A program made the translations under genes and the position numbers. Shown piece after piece: positions 1-10,693 of a DNA stretch of 64,000 nt. The stretch is from positions 32,001 through 96,000 of IMG/VR virus record IMGVR_UViG_3300048502_000015; one strand, given 5' to 3'. Position 1 is the first letter of the stretch. Every line of letters starts with the position of its first letter. The stretch is from a virus. Lineage: Duplodnaviria; Caudoviricetes. The notes beneath the pieces are model-generated. The model was not told the DNA's origin. It made no database searches and worked only from the letters and a program-made list of their open reading frames with translations.

Positions 1-401
1 TAGGTTACTATTGATCCACCAGATTGAGGCCCATCCCATTCGTTTAGGGTTGCGCCTTGAAGAACCCATTCTTCGGGATCAAGTCCTCTTTCTCGAAGCA
101 TTGCTTCGGGATCATCCAAATGCGGATAAGGATTCTCGTAAGCAGTAAGAGTCTGATGGCCAATTACTTCGGCCTCGTCGCCCTTGATTAGAAGTCCACC
201 CTTTTCCTGAGTCGGGATACCCAATCCGTGACGCTTACGAAAACGCTTGATTGATGACTCGGTTGTATCCTTACCATATACCGTATGCAAACTACGAACT
301 ATAGTGGTAGTAAATTCACCTAAATTAACAAGACCTATAATGTAACTTTTATATGGTTCTTCGTCCAGCCAACTACTCTGCTTGTTCTTCTTTGGACTCA
401 T
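1..401 (-). CDS. partial CDS (runs off left edge); N-terminus resembles phage metallophosphoesterase-type proteins
   Basis: Open frame MSPKKNKQSSWLDEEPY...RGLDPEEWVLQGATLNEWDGPQ read by hand; overlaps portal stop; absent from ORF track because truncated. Confidence 0.55.
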   Translation of the reverse strand, partial: MSPKKNKQSSWLDEEPYKSYIIGLVNLGEFTTTIVRSLHTVYGKDTTESSIKRFRKRHGLGIPTQEKGGLLIKGDEAEVIGHQTLTAYENPYPHLDDPEAMLRERGLDPEEWVLQGATLNEWDGPQSGGSIVT

Positions 402-2838
402 CAGTGTCTTCTAACTCCTCGTCAATTATTTCGGCTAACGGATCAACAATCGAATACTTCTTCTCGGTTTCAAAGGATACTTTACGCTTCTTTGGAACTT
501 CCAGAATACTCTGTTCGGCAGTTACGGTCCTTCCATGAAACTTCCATTTATTACTGCCTTCTCGGAGTTCCTGGTTATCCTTTAATTCAAGCTCTTCATC
601 AACTATAGCAGACTCGTCATTAGTGTCAACTTCGGCTTCCTCATCTGCAAGCATCAATTTAGCTAGTCTAGCACGTTCCTTATAAACCGCAATGATCGTT
701 TCCAAGGTTGGAGCGCTAGAAGTAACGGATGAACCATAGTCCAATCCCGGACGACGTTCGTTAGAAACTTCAGGAACATTTCCTGCCGGTCCCCCTTCAA
801 TCGGACTCGTCGGAGGAGCACCGCCACCAGGAGGAGCCGTTCCCGGACCAGAGCCAAGATCCGGTGGAGGATCAGGCATCACTATTGGGGAACCAGGGGG
901 ACCACCAGGACCAGGATCTCCTGCGCCAGCACCACCAGGAGGAGCGGCTGCACCAGCCCCCTGAATAAGAACGGATTCTACCTCGGCCTTTAGGTCTGCC
1001 GGAACAGGAAGACCCTGAACCGTAAGAGCGATGTATGTGTCCATCTTTGCTCGCTGCTGAGAAATGGTCTTCTTCTCAAGTTCTCGGTTGTAGTCGTCTG
1101 TGACATCTGTAATATCCCATTCAATTCCGACCATAAGCTTGCTATCCGGAATCGGCACTCCAATTTGGCGAAGCTCCATTAGGAACTGACGTTCGGTGGC
1201 CTCATCTCTAAGATCAAAGGTGGAAAAGTTTAGCTGAGGACACGTATACTTAGGAACTTCTTTAAGGGTCTTGTTTCCCTCGTCATCGTAGGTCACGATA
1301 GTCTCATAAAGAGGAATTCTAGTCTGTCCTTTTCTCTCAAAATCTTGGTGTCCTTGGGCCTCTGCGACAACTAAGGCTCGCTCCATATAGTGCTTCTTGA
1401 GTTGCTTCTGGAAGGTTCGAAGAACCTGATTCATGAATTCTGCCTGAAGAGCCGAACTAGCATAAGGCTGAGAGTTTGATCCTCCGGAAAGCAACGAAGG
1501 GTTGATTCCGAAAACCTGGAATAGACGACGTTCAATACGATCAAAGTCATCACCCAATCGAGGCATTTGTTCTCGTCCGAAAACGGACGACATTTCAAGT
1601 CCGAAGTGGTGGACCATAACTCGGAAGTCAGATGCCATGGCGATATCAATATCGTCACGGACGGATTCAAGTTGTTCTGGACCGGGAACCCAAGGGGGAA
1701 GTCCGTCGCCCATGTCCATGATTCCTAGCTTGGCAAGAATGAACGGCGAGTAAAGTCGTTCTGCAATAGCATCCTGAGAAGCCAAAAGCTTCTCTTCGTG
1801 AAGGAGAGTACGAAGGCCACGGAGAAGAATCGGCGTTCCGTGGTCATCCCAGTCGTTAAGCTTGTTTGCTACCTGTCGAAGCATGACCGGCGAAATCGGA
1901 ATATGCTCTCCCTTTTGAAGATAAGGAATAAGCTCTGAATAGTTCTCGTTTAGCATGTACCACTCACGAGCAGGCGACTTAGTTTGAACAATTCTACGGA
2001 GATAATCTGGCGGAACGATCTTTAGCTGCTGAGTATCGAGAAGAGGGAAGTTGTCAATGACGATATCTTCCGGATTGATCAATTCCTCATGTGTCCAGAC
2101 ACCAAGGTCTTCATCAAACTGACCAAGAGGAAATGCCTCTCCAACCGTCCATACTTCTCGACCCATCGAAACAAAGAAGTCATCGTATTCAAGATTGCCC
2201 AAGAAGATGTCTTCGTAAATTGCCTTTAGCGCAGGGTCCTTATGTTCCAATTCCATACCAATTAGAGGGAATCTAGTAAAGATGTCGATAAGGCTCGGGA
2301 CCAAATAATGAGTCGCGTAATAGAGTCTTAACCACTTGTGAAGCTTATGTCGATGTCCTTCGTCGGCAATGTTCCACGGAAGTCCTGAAAGATCCCAGTA
2401 TTCAAGGGGATCATAGAAACGAGGGATAGCGTTATAAACATCGCCTCCCATTGCTCCTCCACCACCGGCTCCAATAGAGCCGTACTTTCCTGCCAACGAA
2501 GGATAGTTCTTGTCGTGAATGGCTGAACGGCGAGCCTGGAAACTAGAAGCCTGTCGATTAAACCCGCCTCCCCGTTTGCTAGCCATAGCGTTAGAAAGAG
2601 CCTTGTTCTCTCCCATGATGCGCTGAACCTCGGGGGTATCATAATTGGCCTGAGTAATCGGTCGGCCAATTCGGACTTCCAATCCACGCAAATCTCTTTC
2701 AGCGGTTTTGTTGATCTGGTAGTTGGTATTAATCGTATCCCCGTAGGCTTCTATAGCCCGTTGAGGATGCTTTGGAAGGATTAACCCATTATCACGGAGT
2801 CTCTGTAACTCCGCTCCCATTTTGTCTTGATCTGACAT
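373..2838 (-). CDS. portal protein with long Pro/Gly-rich and acidic C-terminal extension
   Basis: 821 aa; portal-like core (HGTPILLRGLRTLL, FGINPSLLSGG); in head-packaging cluster near terminase. Confidence 0.8.
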   Translation of the reverse strand: MSDQDKMGAELQRLRDNGLILPKHPQRAIEAYGDTINTNYQINKTAERDLRGLEVRIGRPITQANYDTPEVQRIMGENKALSNAMASKRGGGFNRQASSFQARRSAIHDKNYPSLAGKYGSIGAGGGGAMGGDVYNAIPRFYDPLEYWDLSGLPWNIADEGHRHKLHKWLRLYYATHYLVPSLIDIFTRFPLIGMELEHKDPALKAIYEDIFLGNLEYDDFFVSMGREVWTVGEAFPLGQFDEDLGVWTHEELINPEDIVIDNFPLLDTQQLKIVPPDYLRRIVQTKSPAREWYMLNENYSELIPYLQKGEHIPISPVMLRQVANKLNDWDDHGTPILLRGLRTLLHEEKLLASQDAIAERLYSPFILAKLGIMDMGDGLPPWVPGPEQLESVRDDIDIAMASDFRVMVHHFGLEMSSVFGREQMPRLGDDFDRIERRLFQVFGINPSLLSGGSNSQPYASSALQAEFMNQVLRTFQKQLKKHYMERALVVAEAQGHQDFERKGQTRIPLYETIVTYDDEGNKTLKEVPKYTCPQLNFSTFDLRDEATERQFLMELRQIGVPIPDSKLMVGIEWDITDVTDDYNRELEKKTISQQRAKMDTYIALTVQGLPVPADLKAEVESVLIQGAGAAAPPGGAGAGDPGPGGPPGSPIVMPDPPPDLGSGPGTAPPGGGAPPTSPIEGGPAGNVPEVSNERRPGLDYGSSVTSSAPTLETIIAVYKERARLAKLMLADEEAEVDTNDESAIVDEELELKDNQELREGSNKWKFHGRTVTAEQSILEVPKKRKVSFETEKKYSIVDPLAEIIDEELEDTDESKEEQAE

Positions 2839-2882
2839 CTACTCTTTTACCTTACAGTTTCGCCCCATTTCGGAGCACTTGA

Positions 2883-4400
2883 CTAATCTGAAGCTTTATT
2901 TGTTACTGGGTCTGCTTGGTCGCCTTTAGGCCAAGTCTTGGTCTTTGGTCCCTTTGATTCTCCACCTGGAGCAAAGCCGCCATCATCTAATCCGGTTCCA
3001 GAAGGCAACTCTTCCTTCTTGATATCGCCAATTTCCTTTAGCTCGTCATCATTCTTAGGAATGATCGGCTCAAGGATATCCTTGATGATTCCGTCTGACT
3101 TGATTGGATCAAGATTCTCTGGAGTCCACTTACGCTTGTCAATCTTTGGTTCTGGTCCGCCTAGACCAGTCGTTTCCGTTGCTACTCTGCTTTCTAGAGC
3201 ATCAAGGGCAGATGGTCCCCAATCAGAAACTTTTCCTTTGCCGTGGCAACGAGAACACTTAGGGTTGTCGCCTCCACACAATGGGCAAGTTACCTGCTTA
3301 GGAGAATCATCCTTATCGGATGCTGGGTTATACTCTTTTGGGGATGCCGTTCGGCTATCCGGGGTTTTAACCCCTGACTCCGCAATGGTCCGAACATCTT
3401 TAGGAGTCCAAGCTGCCGTTAATCCGCCACCGCCATAAAGCATTCCCTGAAGATCAGCTAGACTCTTCTGAATCTGTTGCGCATGAGGATGTCCGCCTCC
3501 GCTGGCCATAGCTGCCTGCTGAAGAGTCATAATCGCGTTTTGAACACCTTCTGGGTTCTGTACCGGGGTTGCAGGAGCGTTTGTAGGAACTCCACCCATA
3601 GCATTTGGATCGACCGCATTCGGATCTAGAGAAGCCGGATCTGTAGGACCATTTGCAAACTCAACTCCGTTATCTGCTGTACGCACACTAGCAGCCATCG
3701 CCATAGGCTCTCCTGCGCCCTCAGAGCCTCCAGAAAAGCCTTCTGAACCGGAATCAGAGGTTTCTGCGCCCGGACTTGGGAAATCAATTACGTTGTCTAC
3801 AGGAGCTTCGGTCTGATCGCTAATTTGTTCGGTGTTCTGATCTGGCACATCAAGAGTAATCGGCTCGTCAATAACCTGATTCTTCTTGTCTTCTCGTGCC
3901 TTAGCTCGGTCGTCCCAATAAGACTGGGTTACCATTTCCTTCTTGAAGTTACACTTGCCTTCAAAGCTTCCCTTACAATGCTGATCTGTCCAAGCATGAG
4001 AAGCCATAGCGTTAAAGCCTGCTGAAGGATCTCCTGAAGCCAACGAAATATCGGTAACCTCGGAATGATAAGGACACATCTTAACGCGAGCTTCATGAAT
4101 GCTTGCTGTACGAACATCTACATTTTGTCGCGCTTCATACGGACGATAATGATCTCGAAGAGTCTGAGCGATATTTGCTGGAGACTTGTGACCAACCTCG
4201 TCACAAGCAACAAGGACAACCCCATTGAAGTCATCTTCAACAAGGGCAAAACGAGCATCGAATTCCGCTGCCGTCTTTGCCTGCTTAAAGTAGTTTCCGT
4301 ACATAGCATCTGTACGAGCCTCAGCAACGACTAAAGCTTGGCGGGAAGCCAATCGGGGATTTTCATCTTCTGCGGCTAAAACTTCAAAAAGTCCGGTCAT
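2883..4400 (-). CDS. head-assembly/scaffold-like hypothetical protein with CxxC Zn motifs
   Basis: 505 aa; acidic, low complexity; CPLCGG..CSRCHGKG motif; position between terminase and portal. Confidence 0.45.
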   Translation of the reverse strand: MTGLFEVLAAEDENPRLASRQALVVAEARTDAMYGNYFKQAKTAAEFDARFALVEDDFNGVVLVACDEVGHKSPANIAQTLRDHYRPYEARQNVDVRTASIHEARVKMCPYHSEVTDISLASGDPSAGFNAMASHAWTDQHCKGSFEGKCNFKKEMVTQSYWDDRAKAREDKKNQVIDEPITLDVPDQNTEQISDQTEAPVDNVIDFPSPGAETSDSGSEGFSGGSEGAGEPMAMAASVRTADNGVEFANGPTDPASLDPNAVDPNAMGGVPTNAPATPVQNPEGVQNAIMTLQQAAMASGGGHPHAQQIQKSLADLQGMLYGGGGLTAAWTPKDVRTIAESGVKTPDSRTASPKEYNPASDKDDSPKQVTCPLCGGDNPKCSRCHGKGKVSDWGPSALDALESRVATETTGLGGPEPKIDKRKWTPENLDPIKSDGIIKDILEPIIPKNDDELKEIGDIKKEELPSGTGLDDGGFAPGGESKGPKTKTWPKGDQADPVTNKASD

Positions 4401-4408
4401 ATTGATCC

Positions 4409-5407
4409 TTACAAGAAGAGAGAAGCGTCCGGAGCATCCTTAAAGGATTGTTCCTGAACAGCCGCTTCCTTATGAATTGAAGACTGTCTATCCGCAAGCT
4501 CTGCGCGGCGAGCTAATTCGACTTTGGCTACGAAGGCATCTCGATAGTCATCTACCTTATCGCCGCTAAATCCTGCGGTCTTAGAATGAATGTGGGAATA
4601 AGCCATTTCTCGTGTAACTCCGGCATCAGCCAAAGCTCCAAGGTCAAGCGTTGAAGCAAAGATTCCTGGCTCCTCTGAAAGGATCTTGTCAAAGTCCTGT
4701 CCTTCAGATTCGGCAATCATTTCTGACGAAACAACATCAAGCCAGTCGTTGCCCTTTCCTCGTCCAAGATCAGCTTGTTCGGCTACACCATAATCGAACT
4801 TAGCTGGAGCAGCAAAGGCTTCTGCATCGGAGCTATCAAGGTGCTCGATAGCCTCCTTGATTTCAAGCTGCTCGTTCTGAGCTTCTAGGGCAAACTTGTG
4901 AAGAGTGGTTTCATCAGCATATGATGAACCCTGAACGATAAGATCTCCAATTTCTGTCTGAAGGTCATTAAGCTTAGCGATACGAGTTGCAAGAGATCGC
5001 TTGTCGTGAGGGTATGTCTCATCAAGGTCTTGACGAATTCGAACAATCGGGCTAGTTGGAACCGAAGCAAGCTTCTCATTGTGATAAACAAGGTCGTCAT
5101 CTGATCCGTGAGTCTCAAACTTAGAGATGCGCCCGTTTTCAAGTCTGATGGTGATTTCATTTCCCCAAACGCTAGGGATACGACTAAGAATCTCTCCCTT
5201 TAGTCCGTTAGGGGTGATAATGTGAGTAGCGGTCTTCTTGGCCTCATCGCGGGCCTTTTGCTTGCGTTCCTTCTCGACGGTATCGAGATAGTCAACCGCA
5301 TCCTTTTCCACTTCTTTGAAATCGTCACCGGAAGCGATTCTACGGCCTTCAAAAACGGCGATAGTGGTGCTTCCTTCAAAAACGTATGTTGGAATATATT
5401 CGGACAT
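4409..5407 (-). CDS. hypothetical virion/head-assembly protein
   Basis: 332 aa helical ORF with putative late leaderless promoter motif. Confidence 0.5.
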   Translation of the reverse strand: MSEYIPTYVFEGSTTIAVFEGRRIASGDDFKEVEKDAVDYLDTVEKERKQKARDEAKKTATHIITPNGLKGEILSRIPSVWGNEITIRLENGRISKFETHGSDDDLVYHNEKLASVPTSPIVRIRQDLDETYPHDKRSLATRIAKLNDLQTEIGDLIVQGSSYADETTLHKFALEAQNEQLEIKEAIEHLDSSDAEAFAAPAKFDYGVAEQADLGRGKGNDWLDVVSSEMIAESEGQDFDKILSEEPGIFASTLDLGALADAGVTREMAYSHIHSKTAGFSGDKVDDYRDAFVAKVELARRAELADRQSSIHKEAAVQEQSFKDAPDASLFL

Positions 5408-5450
5408 CGCTAATTATTATCTAGATACAATGAGAATACAGGTATGAAAC

Positions 5451-7592
5451 TTATCTCCATCCTGCTCTTCTTCCTCTTTGTCCTCGGGATCGACCTATAG
5501 CTGATCCCTGACGCAAAGCTCGATTGGCTTCCGTTTGTTCTCTGGAATGATAGAATTCGTGGATATTGACTGGGCCAACCCCTCCAACCGGAGGAGCATC
5601 AGAACCTCCAATTGGATATCCTCCTGCGGCCCCTCCTACAAGGGCACTATTAGCAAGACGATCTTGCATTCGGTTAACCATAAGGTTTCCGATGAGCGAG
5701 TAAACGCATTCAGCCACGCAATCGGCCCTATCCTTTAACTGCACAGGACCAATAGTTTGCTTGTCTACGCGAGGGAACTTTCCTCCCGTGTTCTGTTGCT
5801 GGAGGAACTTGAGTTCTTGATCGACACCAAACGGCTTCTGATCTTTGGAGTCATAAGGCGCATGAACCAACCCTTGATAAAGGGCCGTCTTAAAGACTTC
5901 CCAACGCTTCCAGTTTAACTCGTTCGTGGCGACCTTTTCGTACACCCTTGTAGGGATATTTCTATCTCGTAATCGTTCTGAAAGATCATAGATCGGATCG
6001 ACGCTTTGGTGTTGGTCCATTGTGATTTCGAATGGACGGAAAATGTCTGCAAATTCTTCAAGCTCTCGAAGAATGGTTGGCCAACGAATAACCTGTCCAG
6101 GGAAGTTTTTCGGGTCCCAAGACTTAATCAAGTCAAACACGCAATGCTCCTCTAGAACGCCATCAAACCTCGGAAGCATTTCGAGATGGGCCATAGCAAA
6201 ACCGAATCCAGCCGTTGTTGAAGAGGGGTCTACATGGATCTTGTATCGGAATGTGTTAAGGGCAGATTGACCACCGATATCCGAATGATAAAGCTTTCGC
6301 TTAAGCATCGGCATTCCCTGTACATTGACTTCCCAGTGAGTAGGAATGCCCTCGAACATCTGGTCCACCATTCGGGGAAGCAAGAATGCCTCTGTTACTT
6401 CGGCAAATTTTCCTCTACGTTCAACTTTGTAGGTTTCAGGATTGTCTGCTTCCTTAGCTCGCGCCTGAATGATTCTTCGCTTGTCTTCTTCGCTATAAAG
6501 TGGCTCTCCATTCGCATCGACCCCATCTGGGTCCCAATCAGGAGAAGCGGTAATGACAAAATTGAATTTGTGCTTTGGCTGCCACTTGCTTTTATACCTT
6601 CGGTAGTTTTCAAATAGTGCCCAAGACGGATACTGAAAGGCCATAAGTCGAGGGTCGCCGTTGGCTCCTTCGCTACTTTCTCCCTCACCAAAATCTTTTG
6701 CGAAGTCAACGGGGCGATCTCGATCAAAAGACCTCATCGACTTCTCATAACGTTCATAAAACATTCCCACTTTAGTATATGGAGAACTGTTACAGAAAAT
6801 CATTCCGTCGTTCCCGAATTGGTCGAGGGATGGGTCGAGGGCAGTATATACCTCGGAGGCACTAGCTTTGCTAAGACCAGGAATCATGTGGGCCATCTCG
6901 TCAATAACACCGATCATTGTCGCTGATCCTCGAAGAGTACCGGCGTTAGCTGCTAAAGCATTTCCTCTGATTCGGGCAATAGCCCTAGAGATCTTAGCCT
7001 GTCTCTCAGAAATTTGGCTAATTTGACGAAGATCGGCCTCGGTCGATAGGCGAATCTCGGTTTCCAAAGTAGGGAACTTTCGGAATCGTTCCATAGCCTT
7101 ACAAGATTCAACTATGGATACAAGGTCGGCATATTGGAACTGTTTTGCCTGAGATTCAGAACCCGCGACGCAAGAAAAGTAGATTTCCTTTTTCTTATCA
7201 ATTCCGTAATGTTCTCCGGGATCGCCTAACTGAAGGGTTTCCAGCATAATTTTCCCCATGGCGGCGGCGGTCATCCATCCCTTTGATGAACGTCTACCCC
7301 CAATAAGGGTTACTTCCCGAAAGTGTTTGTAACTGTTTTCTCGAAGAAATTCGATCCTCTCTCGAATATCCGGAGAGATTTGGATCTCTGTCCCGTTGCG
7401 TCCTCCTCGAATCCAGTAATCAACCGTATCCTCTTCTTCGCCGGTTAGTTCCTCTAAGAAGATTAGCTTCAAAAAAGTAGTCTGTGCGGGATAAGCGGCT
7501 TTCCCACAGTACTCATCTGACTCAATAAATTGCTGGATTCCTACGGGTCGAACAACTAAGCTACTCTCGATAGTGTCGAGAAGATTAACCAT
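5451..7592 (-). CDS. terL: terminase large subunit
   Basis: Walker A-like GGRRSSKG, Walker B IGVIDEMAH, motif III NSSP, nuclease IHVDPS. Confidence 0.9.
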   Translation of the reverse strand: MVNLLDTIESSLVVRPVGIQQFIESDEYCGKAAYPAQTTFLKLIFLEELTGEEEDTVDYWIRGGRNGTEIQISPDIRERIEFLRENSYKHFREVTLIGGRRSSKGWMTAAAMGKIMLETLQLGDPGEHYGIDKKKEIYFSCVAGSESQAKQFQYADLVSIVESCKAMERFRKFPTLETEIRLSTEADLRQISQISERQAKISRAIARIRGNALAANAGTLRGSATMIGVIDEMAHMIPGLSKASASEVYTALDPSLDQFGNDGMIFCNSSPYTKVGMFYERYEKSMRSFDRDRPVDFAKDFGEGESSEGANGDPRLMAFQYPSWALFENYRRYKSKWQPKHKFNFVITASPDWDPDGVDANGEPLYSEEDKRRIIQARAKEADNPETYKVERRGKFAEVTEAFLLPRMVDQMFEGIPTHWEVNVQGMPMLKRKLYHSDIGGQSALNTFRYKIHVDPSSTTAGFGFAMAHLEMLPRFDGVLEEHCVFDLIKSWDPKNFPGQVIRWPTILRELEEFADIFRPFEITMDQHQSVDPIYDLSERLRDRNIPTRVYEKVATNELNWKRWEVFKTALYQGLVHAPYDSKDQKPFGVDQELKFLQQQNTGGKFPRVDKQTIGPVQLKDRADCVAECVYSLIGNLMVNRMQDRLANSALVGGAAGGYPIGGSDAPPVGGVGPVNIHEFYHSREQTEANRALRQGSAIGRSRGQRGRRAGWR

Positions 7593-8079
7593 TAGCTCGT
7601 TTCTTAGCCTTTGTCGTTCGGTTAGGATCTTCCTTCTGTCCTAAGAAGGCTTCTCCTCGCTCCTGAGCCTTTCTAACTTCGTAACCCTTGCGGTCGTGAT
7701 CGTGGCCATATTTGGATACCGAATGGCTTCCAAGTGCGCCCTCAAAGGAAACTACAATCGGCTTACCCTCAAGAAGAGGGGTAACATCAACACTGACCAA
7801 GAGATCGCATTTTTCCATCATCGTGGTCTTGATCTCGTCTTCAAACTGATCAACCAGTTTCATGGCCGCATCAACATCAAATTTGGGATCTCCTTGAAAT
7901 CTTCCGAGAAATTTCTGTCGCCACTTGTTGGTAATCGGGAGCATTGTTCGCCATGCCTTAGCGATTTCTTCATCGGTAAGGTCAAGGGTAAGGGCATTCG
8001 AGAAGTCTACTGCCGACTTAACAATTCCTTGATTGACATCAAGCTCTGGAGAGGTTACGGCAAAATCTGAATCAGTCAT
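7585..8079 (-). CDS. hypothetical protein
   Basis: 164 aa; SD AAAGGA; overlaps terL start. Confidence 0.6.
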   Translation of the reverse strand: MTDSDFAVTSPELDVNQGIVKSAVDFSNALTLDLTDEEIAKAWRTMLPITNKWRQKFLGRFQGDPKFDVDAAMKLVDQFEDEIKTTMMEKCDLLVSVDVTPLLEGKPIVVSFEGALGSHSVSKYGHDHDRKGYEVRKAQERGEAFLGQKEDPNRTTKAKKRANG

Positions 8080-8163
8080 ACTATCCTTTGGTTATACTTG
8101 TCTACCCCTTACAACGCAGAATGGCCCTAACAAGTAGGGCCATTCGTTGTTATAGACTGAGGT

Positions 8164-9369
8164 TTATGGACGTGCTGCAAACAATGCTGGAGCAACAAAC
8201 GATGCTGCTACCGAGTTGTTTACGAGGTATACTGCCAACGGAGTAATGTTGGTAAAGGTTCCCGTTACCGTTGCCGAAGCAGTCGCGTTACCAGAAAGGG
8301 TTACCGTCCCGGCTCCTGCCGCAGTAGATGGAGTAATCGCCGTTACATATAGATATGAGCCTGATGTTGGGGCAAGTCCTGTTCCGTTAACTACCGCGCC
8401 AATCTGAATTCCGGCTGTATTAGCTACAGAAAGAACGTTAGATGAGCTTGTCGTAGTTACTGGAGTCTGAGTAATTCGACCAGAGTTAGCTGGGTTAATT
8501 GTCGGAAGAACAGCCGTTCCTACAGTTGTGGTTACCGGACCCGTTAGGTTGATAATCAAACCAGTTGGAAGAGCAGCAATAACGTCAAATCGCTCTGATC
8601 CTGATGCTGGCTTAGTAGCCAAAACATTAGTTGTGGTCAAACAAGTCTGATAAAGACCTGTGCTTCTCTGCTTTAGTTCTCCACCAGACGGGGTTAGCGT
8701 CAAGGTAGAAAGAGATAGGGTCGGTAGTGAGTTGAAAACCAAATCGTAATTGCTATTTGAAATTCCACCTACAACATAGTATGCACCAATGGCTGATGAA
8801 GAAGATAGTTCCTTACGAAAGTTTCTGTTTGTCTCGTTCAAAAGTACAGTATTGTTAACCGTGTTAGGAACCGTGTTTGCCACTCCTAGTTGATTGACAG
8901 CCGGGTTAACTGTGCTAACTGTAGTACCCCAACCAGCCGTCTGAACTGCCAAGCCGTCTGCATAAATCGTTCCACCAGAAACGTTAACCAAGAAGGTTTC
9001 TGCTCCAGTAGCCGTTCCTCGGTAAATGTTATAACCATTGACTGGCTCAACATAGTTGCCGTCCTGATCAATGATTGGAAGCCAACGAAGAGTAAGGTAA
9101 GAGGTTGTATCGGCTGACGTTGTAGCCGTTACTTCTACTGATGCTGGGGTTTCTCCACCAAAACCGTCTACAGCGGTAATCTGGTAGTAGTAAGCCTGTC
9201 CTGAAGAAAGTCCTGTACCACCAGTTGTGGTTTCAACAGGGGTCTGTACTCCGACCGGAATAGGCAACTTTCCTAAGTCGATATAGGAAGTACTGTCTGA
9301 AGAAATCTTATAACCACCGATACGGAGATTCTGACTTCGGTTAAATGAGCGAATTGGCAAATACGGCAT
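8164..9369 (-). CDS. virion structural protein with FN3-like segment (Thr/Ser-rich)
   Basis: YYYQITAVDGFGGET...GYNIYRGT motif; start moved to MPYLP, which has SD AAAGGA. Confidence 0.65.
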   Translation of the reverse strand: MPYLPIRSFNRSQNLRIGGYKISSDSTSYIDLGKLPIPVGVQTPVETTTGGTGLSSGQAYYYQITAVDGFGGETPASVEVTATTSADTTSYLTLRWLPIIDQDGNYVEPVNGYNIYRGTATGAETFLVNVSGGTIYADGLAVQTAGWGTTVSTVNPAVNQLGVANTVPNTVNNTVLLNETNRNFRKELSSSSAIGAYYVVGGISNSNYDLVFNSLPTLSLSTLTLTPSGGELKQRSTGLYQTCLTTTNVLATKPASGSERFDVIAALPTGLIINLTGPVTTTVGTAVLPTINPANSGRITQTPVTTTSSSNVLSVANTAGIQIGAVVNGTGLAPTSGSYLYVTAITPSTAAGAGTVTLSGNATASATVTGTFTNITPLAVYLVNNSVAASFVAPALFAARP

Positions 9370-9384
9370 ATTTTGTGTCCTTTT

Positions 9385-9443
9385 GTTACCTACTTTATTC
9401 GGCAACGATAGTTTAGGGATCATAGCCTACTTTATTCGGCTAT
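9385..9443 (-). promoter_or_regulatory. tandem hairpins with identical 10-nt loops in 5' UTR
   Basis: ATAGCC-GAATAAAGTA-GGCTAT and GTTGCC-GAATAAAGTA-GGTAAC immediately 5' of the SD. Confidence 0.7.
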
Positions 9444-9482
9444 CAACCTTTATGGGACCGAATTGTGACCTAAATATAGTGA

Positions 9483-10604
9483 TTAGTCAGAGATTATGAT
9501 AAGAGAACCATTAGAAGCTCCCGATCCTGCCGTCAAAGTAACGGTTCCGGTATTTGTAACCGTATTACCTATAAGAGCCACAGTTCCCCCTGCGCCTCCA
9601 TATGCTGTCGTATAATGAATTCCCGTTCCCGTTCCCGGATTACCGCCTGTAGAAGTAATTGTTCCAGCAAGGGTGATAGTTGGAGAAGCAACGGCTAATC
9701 CATATCCACCACCGCCTCCACCACCGCCTGCACCAGCACCAAGTTCGGCACCGCCTCCACCGCCTCCACAGCCAGTACAACCCCATGGACCCAATAATCC
9801 CTGTACAAAATGGGTAGCCCCACCACTAGAAGATATGGCATAGGAGTTTCCGCTGCCGCCATATATCAAACTTGAGTTACCGCCATAAATTCCAAAACCA
9901 ACGCCACCCCCGGCGCTCCCTCCGGTAACGCCTGCGCCGGAACCCCCGGCGGTTCCGGAACCCCCCATAGTACCCCCAGACCCTCCATAAGCTAGACCAG
10001 AACCCGAAGTTTGACCGGAGCCTCCTCCACCACCGCTACCCCCGCTACCCCCATTACCTGCCACAGTAGAAGACGAGGCATTTGTTCCATTACCTCCGTT
10101 GGCATTAATTGTAAATGCTGACGCCTCACTCCAACTGGTTTTACAAAAATGTCGAAATCCTTGGGGATACAGGGTTATGGTTCCAGACATCAAAAACGTT
10201 GTGGCATAAACATCTCGAAGTTGAATATAAGTATAGGAACCAACGCTACCAGTAGTAGAGAAAATTCCAGGATAGGTGTTCGTCCCGTTTAGAACAATGG
10301 CCCCATCAGAGCCGTCCCCATAAAAACCAGACGCCGACAGAAGTTGACTTTGAATGGAGGCTGATAGTTGTGTATATCCTACCGCGCCTGCCTGTATCTG
10401 GGTTGTTCCAACTGCCCCAGTTGCAATCAGGGTATTTGTAATTGCGCCCGGTAAAATCCCTGCCGTTCCGATTTGAACCCCTCGACCAGTCGAATGATCG
10501 TGATAAGCGATCTTGGTAAAGTTTCCGGCCAACTGAGTATTGCTATAGAGATCGTCATTCTGATCCCAAAGGACCAAAGACATTTTTGGATCGATTCTAG
10601 CCAT
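9483..10604 (-). CDS. glycine-rich tail fibre/minor tail protein
   Basis: GAITxxxIAxGAV repeats, YGDGSDG motif, Gly-rich C-terminus. Confidence 0.7.
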   Translation of the reverse strand: MARIDPKMSLVLWDQNDDLYSNTQLAGNFTKIAYHDHSTGRGVQIGTAGILPGAITNTLIATGAVGTTQIQAGAVGYTQLSASIQSQLLSASGFYGDGSDGAIVLNGTNTYPGIFSTTGSVGSYTYIQLRDVYATTFLMSGTITLYPQGFRHFCKTSWSEASAFTINANGGNGTNASSSTVAGNGGSGGSGGGGGSGQTSGSGLAYGGSGGTMGGSGTAGGSGAGVTGGSAGGGVGFGIYGGNSSLIYGGSGNSYAISSSGGATHFVQGLLGPWGCTGCGGGGGGAELGAGAGGGGGGGGYGLAVASPTITLAGTITSTGGNPGTGTGIHYTTAYGGAGGTVALIGNTVTNTGTVTLTAGSGASNGSLIIISD

Positions 10605-10693
10605 CGCTAATTACTCGTCTGTTTGTGTCTAGAAACCAAAAAGACTCCAGAAGGAGTCTCGTTGTTACTTCTTTCTGATGAGGATCGGTTCCA

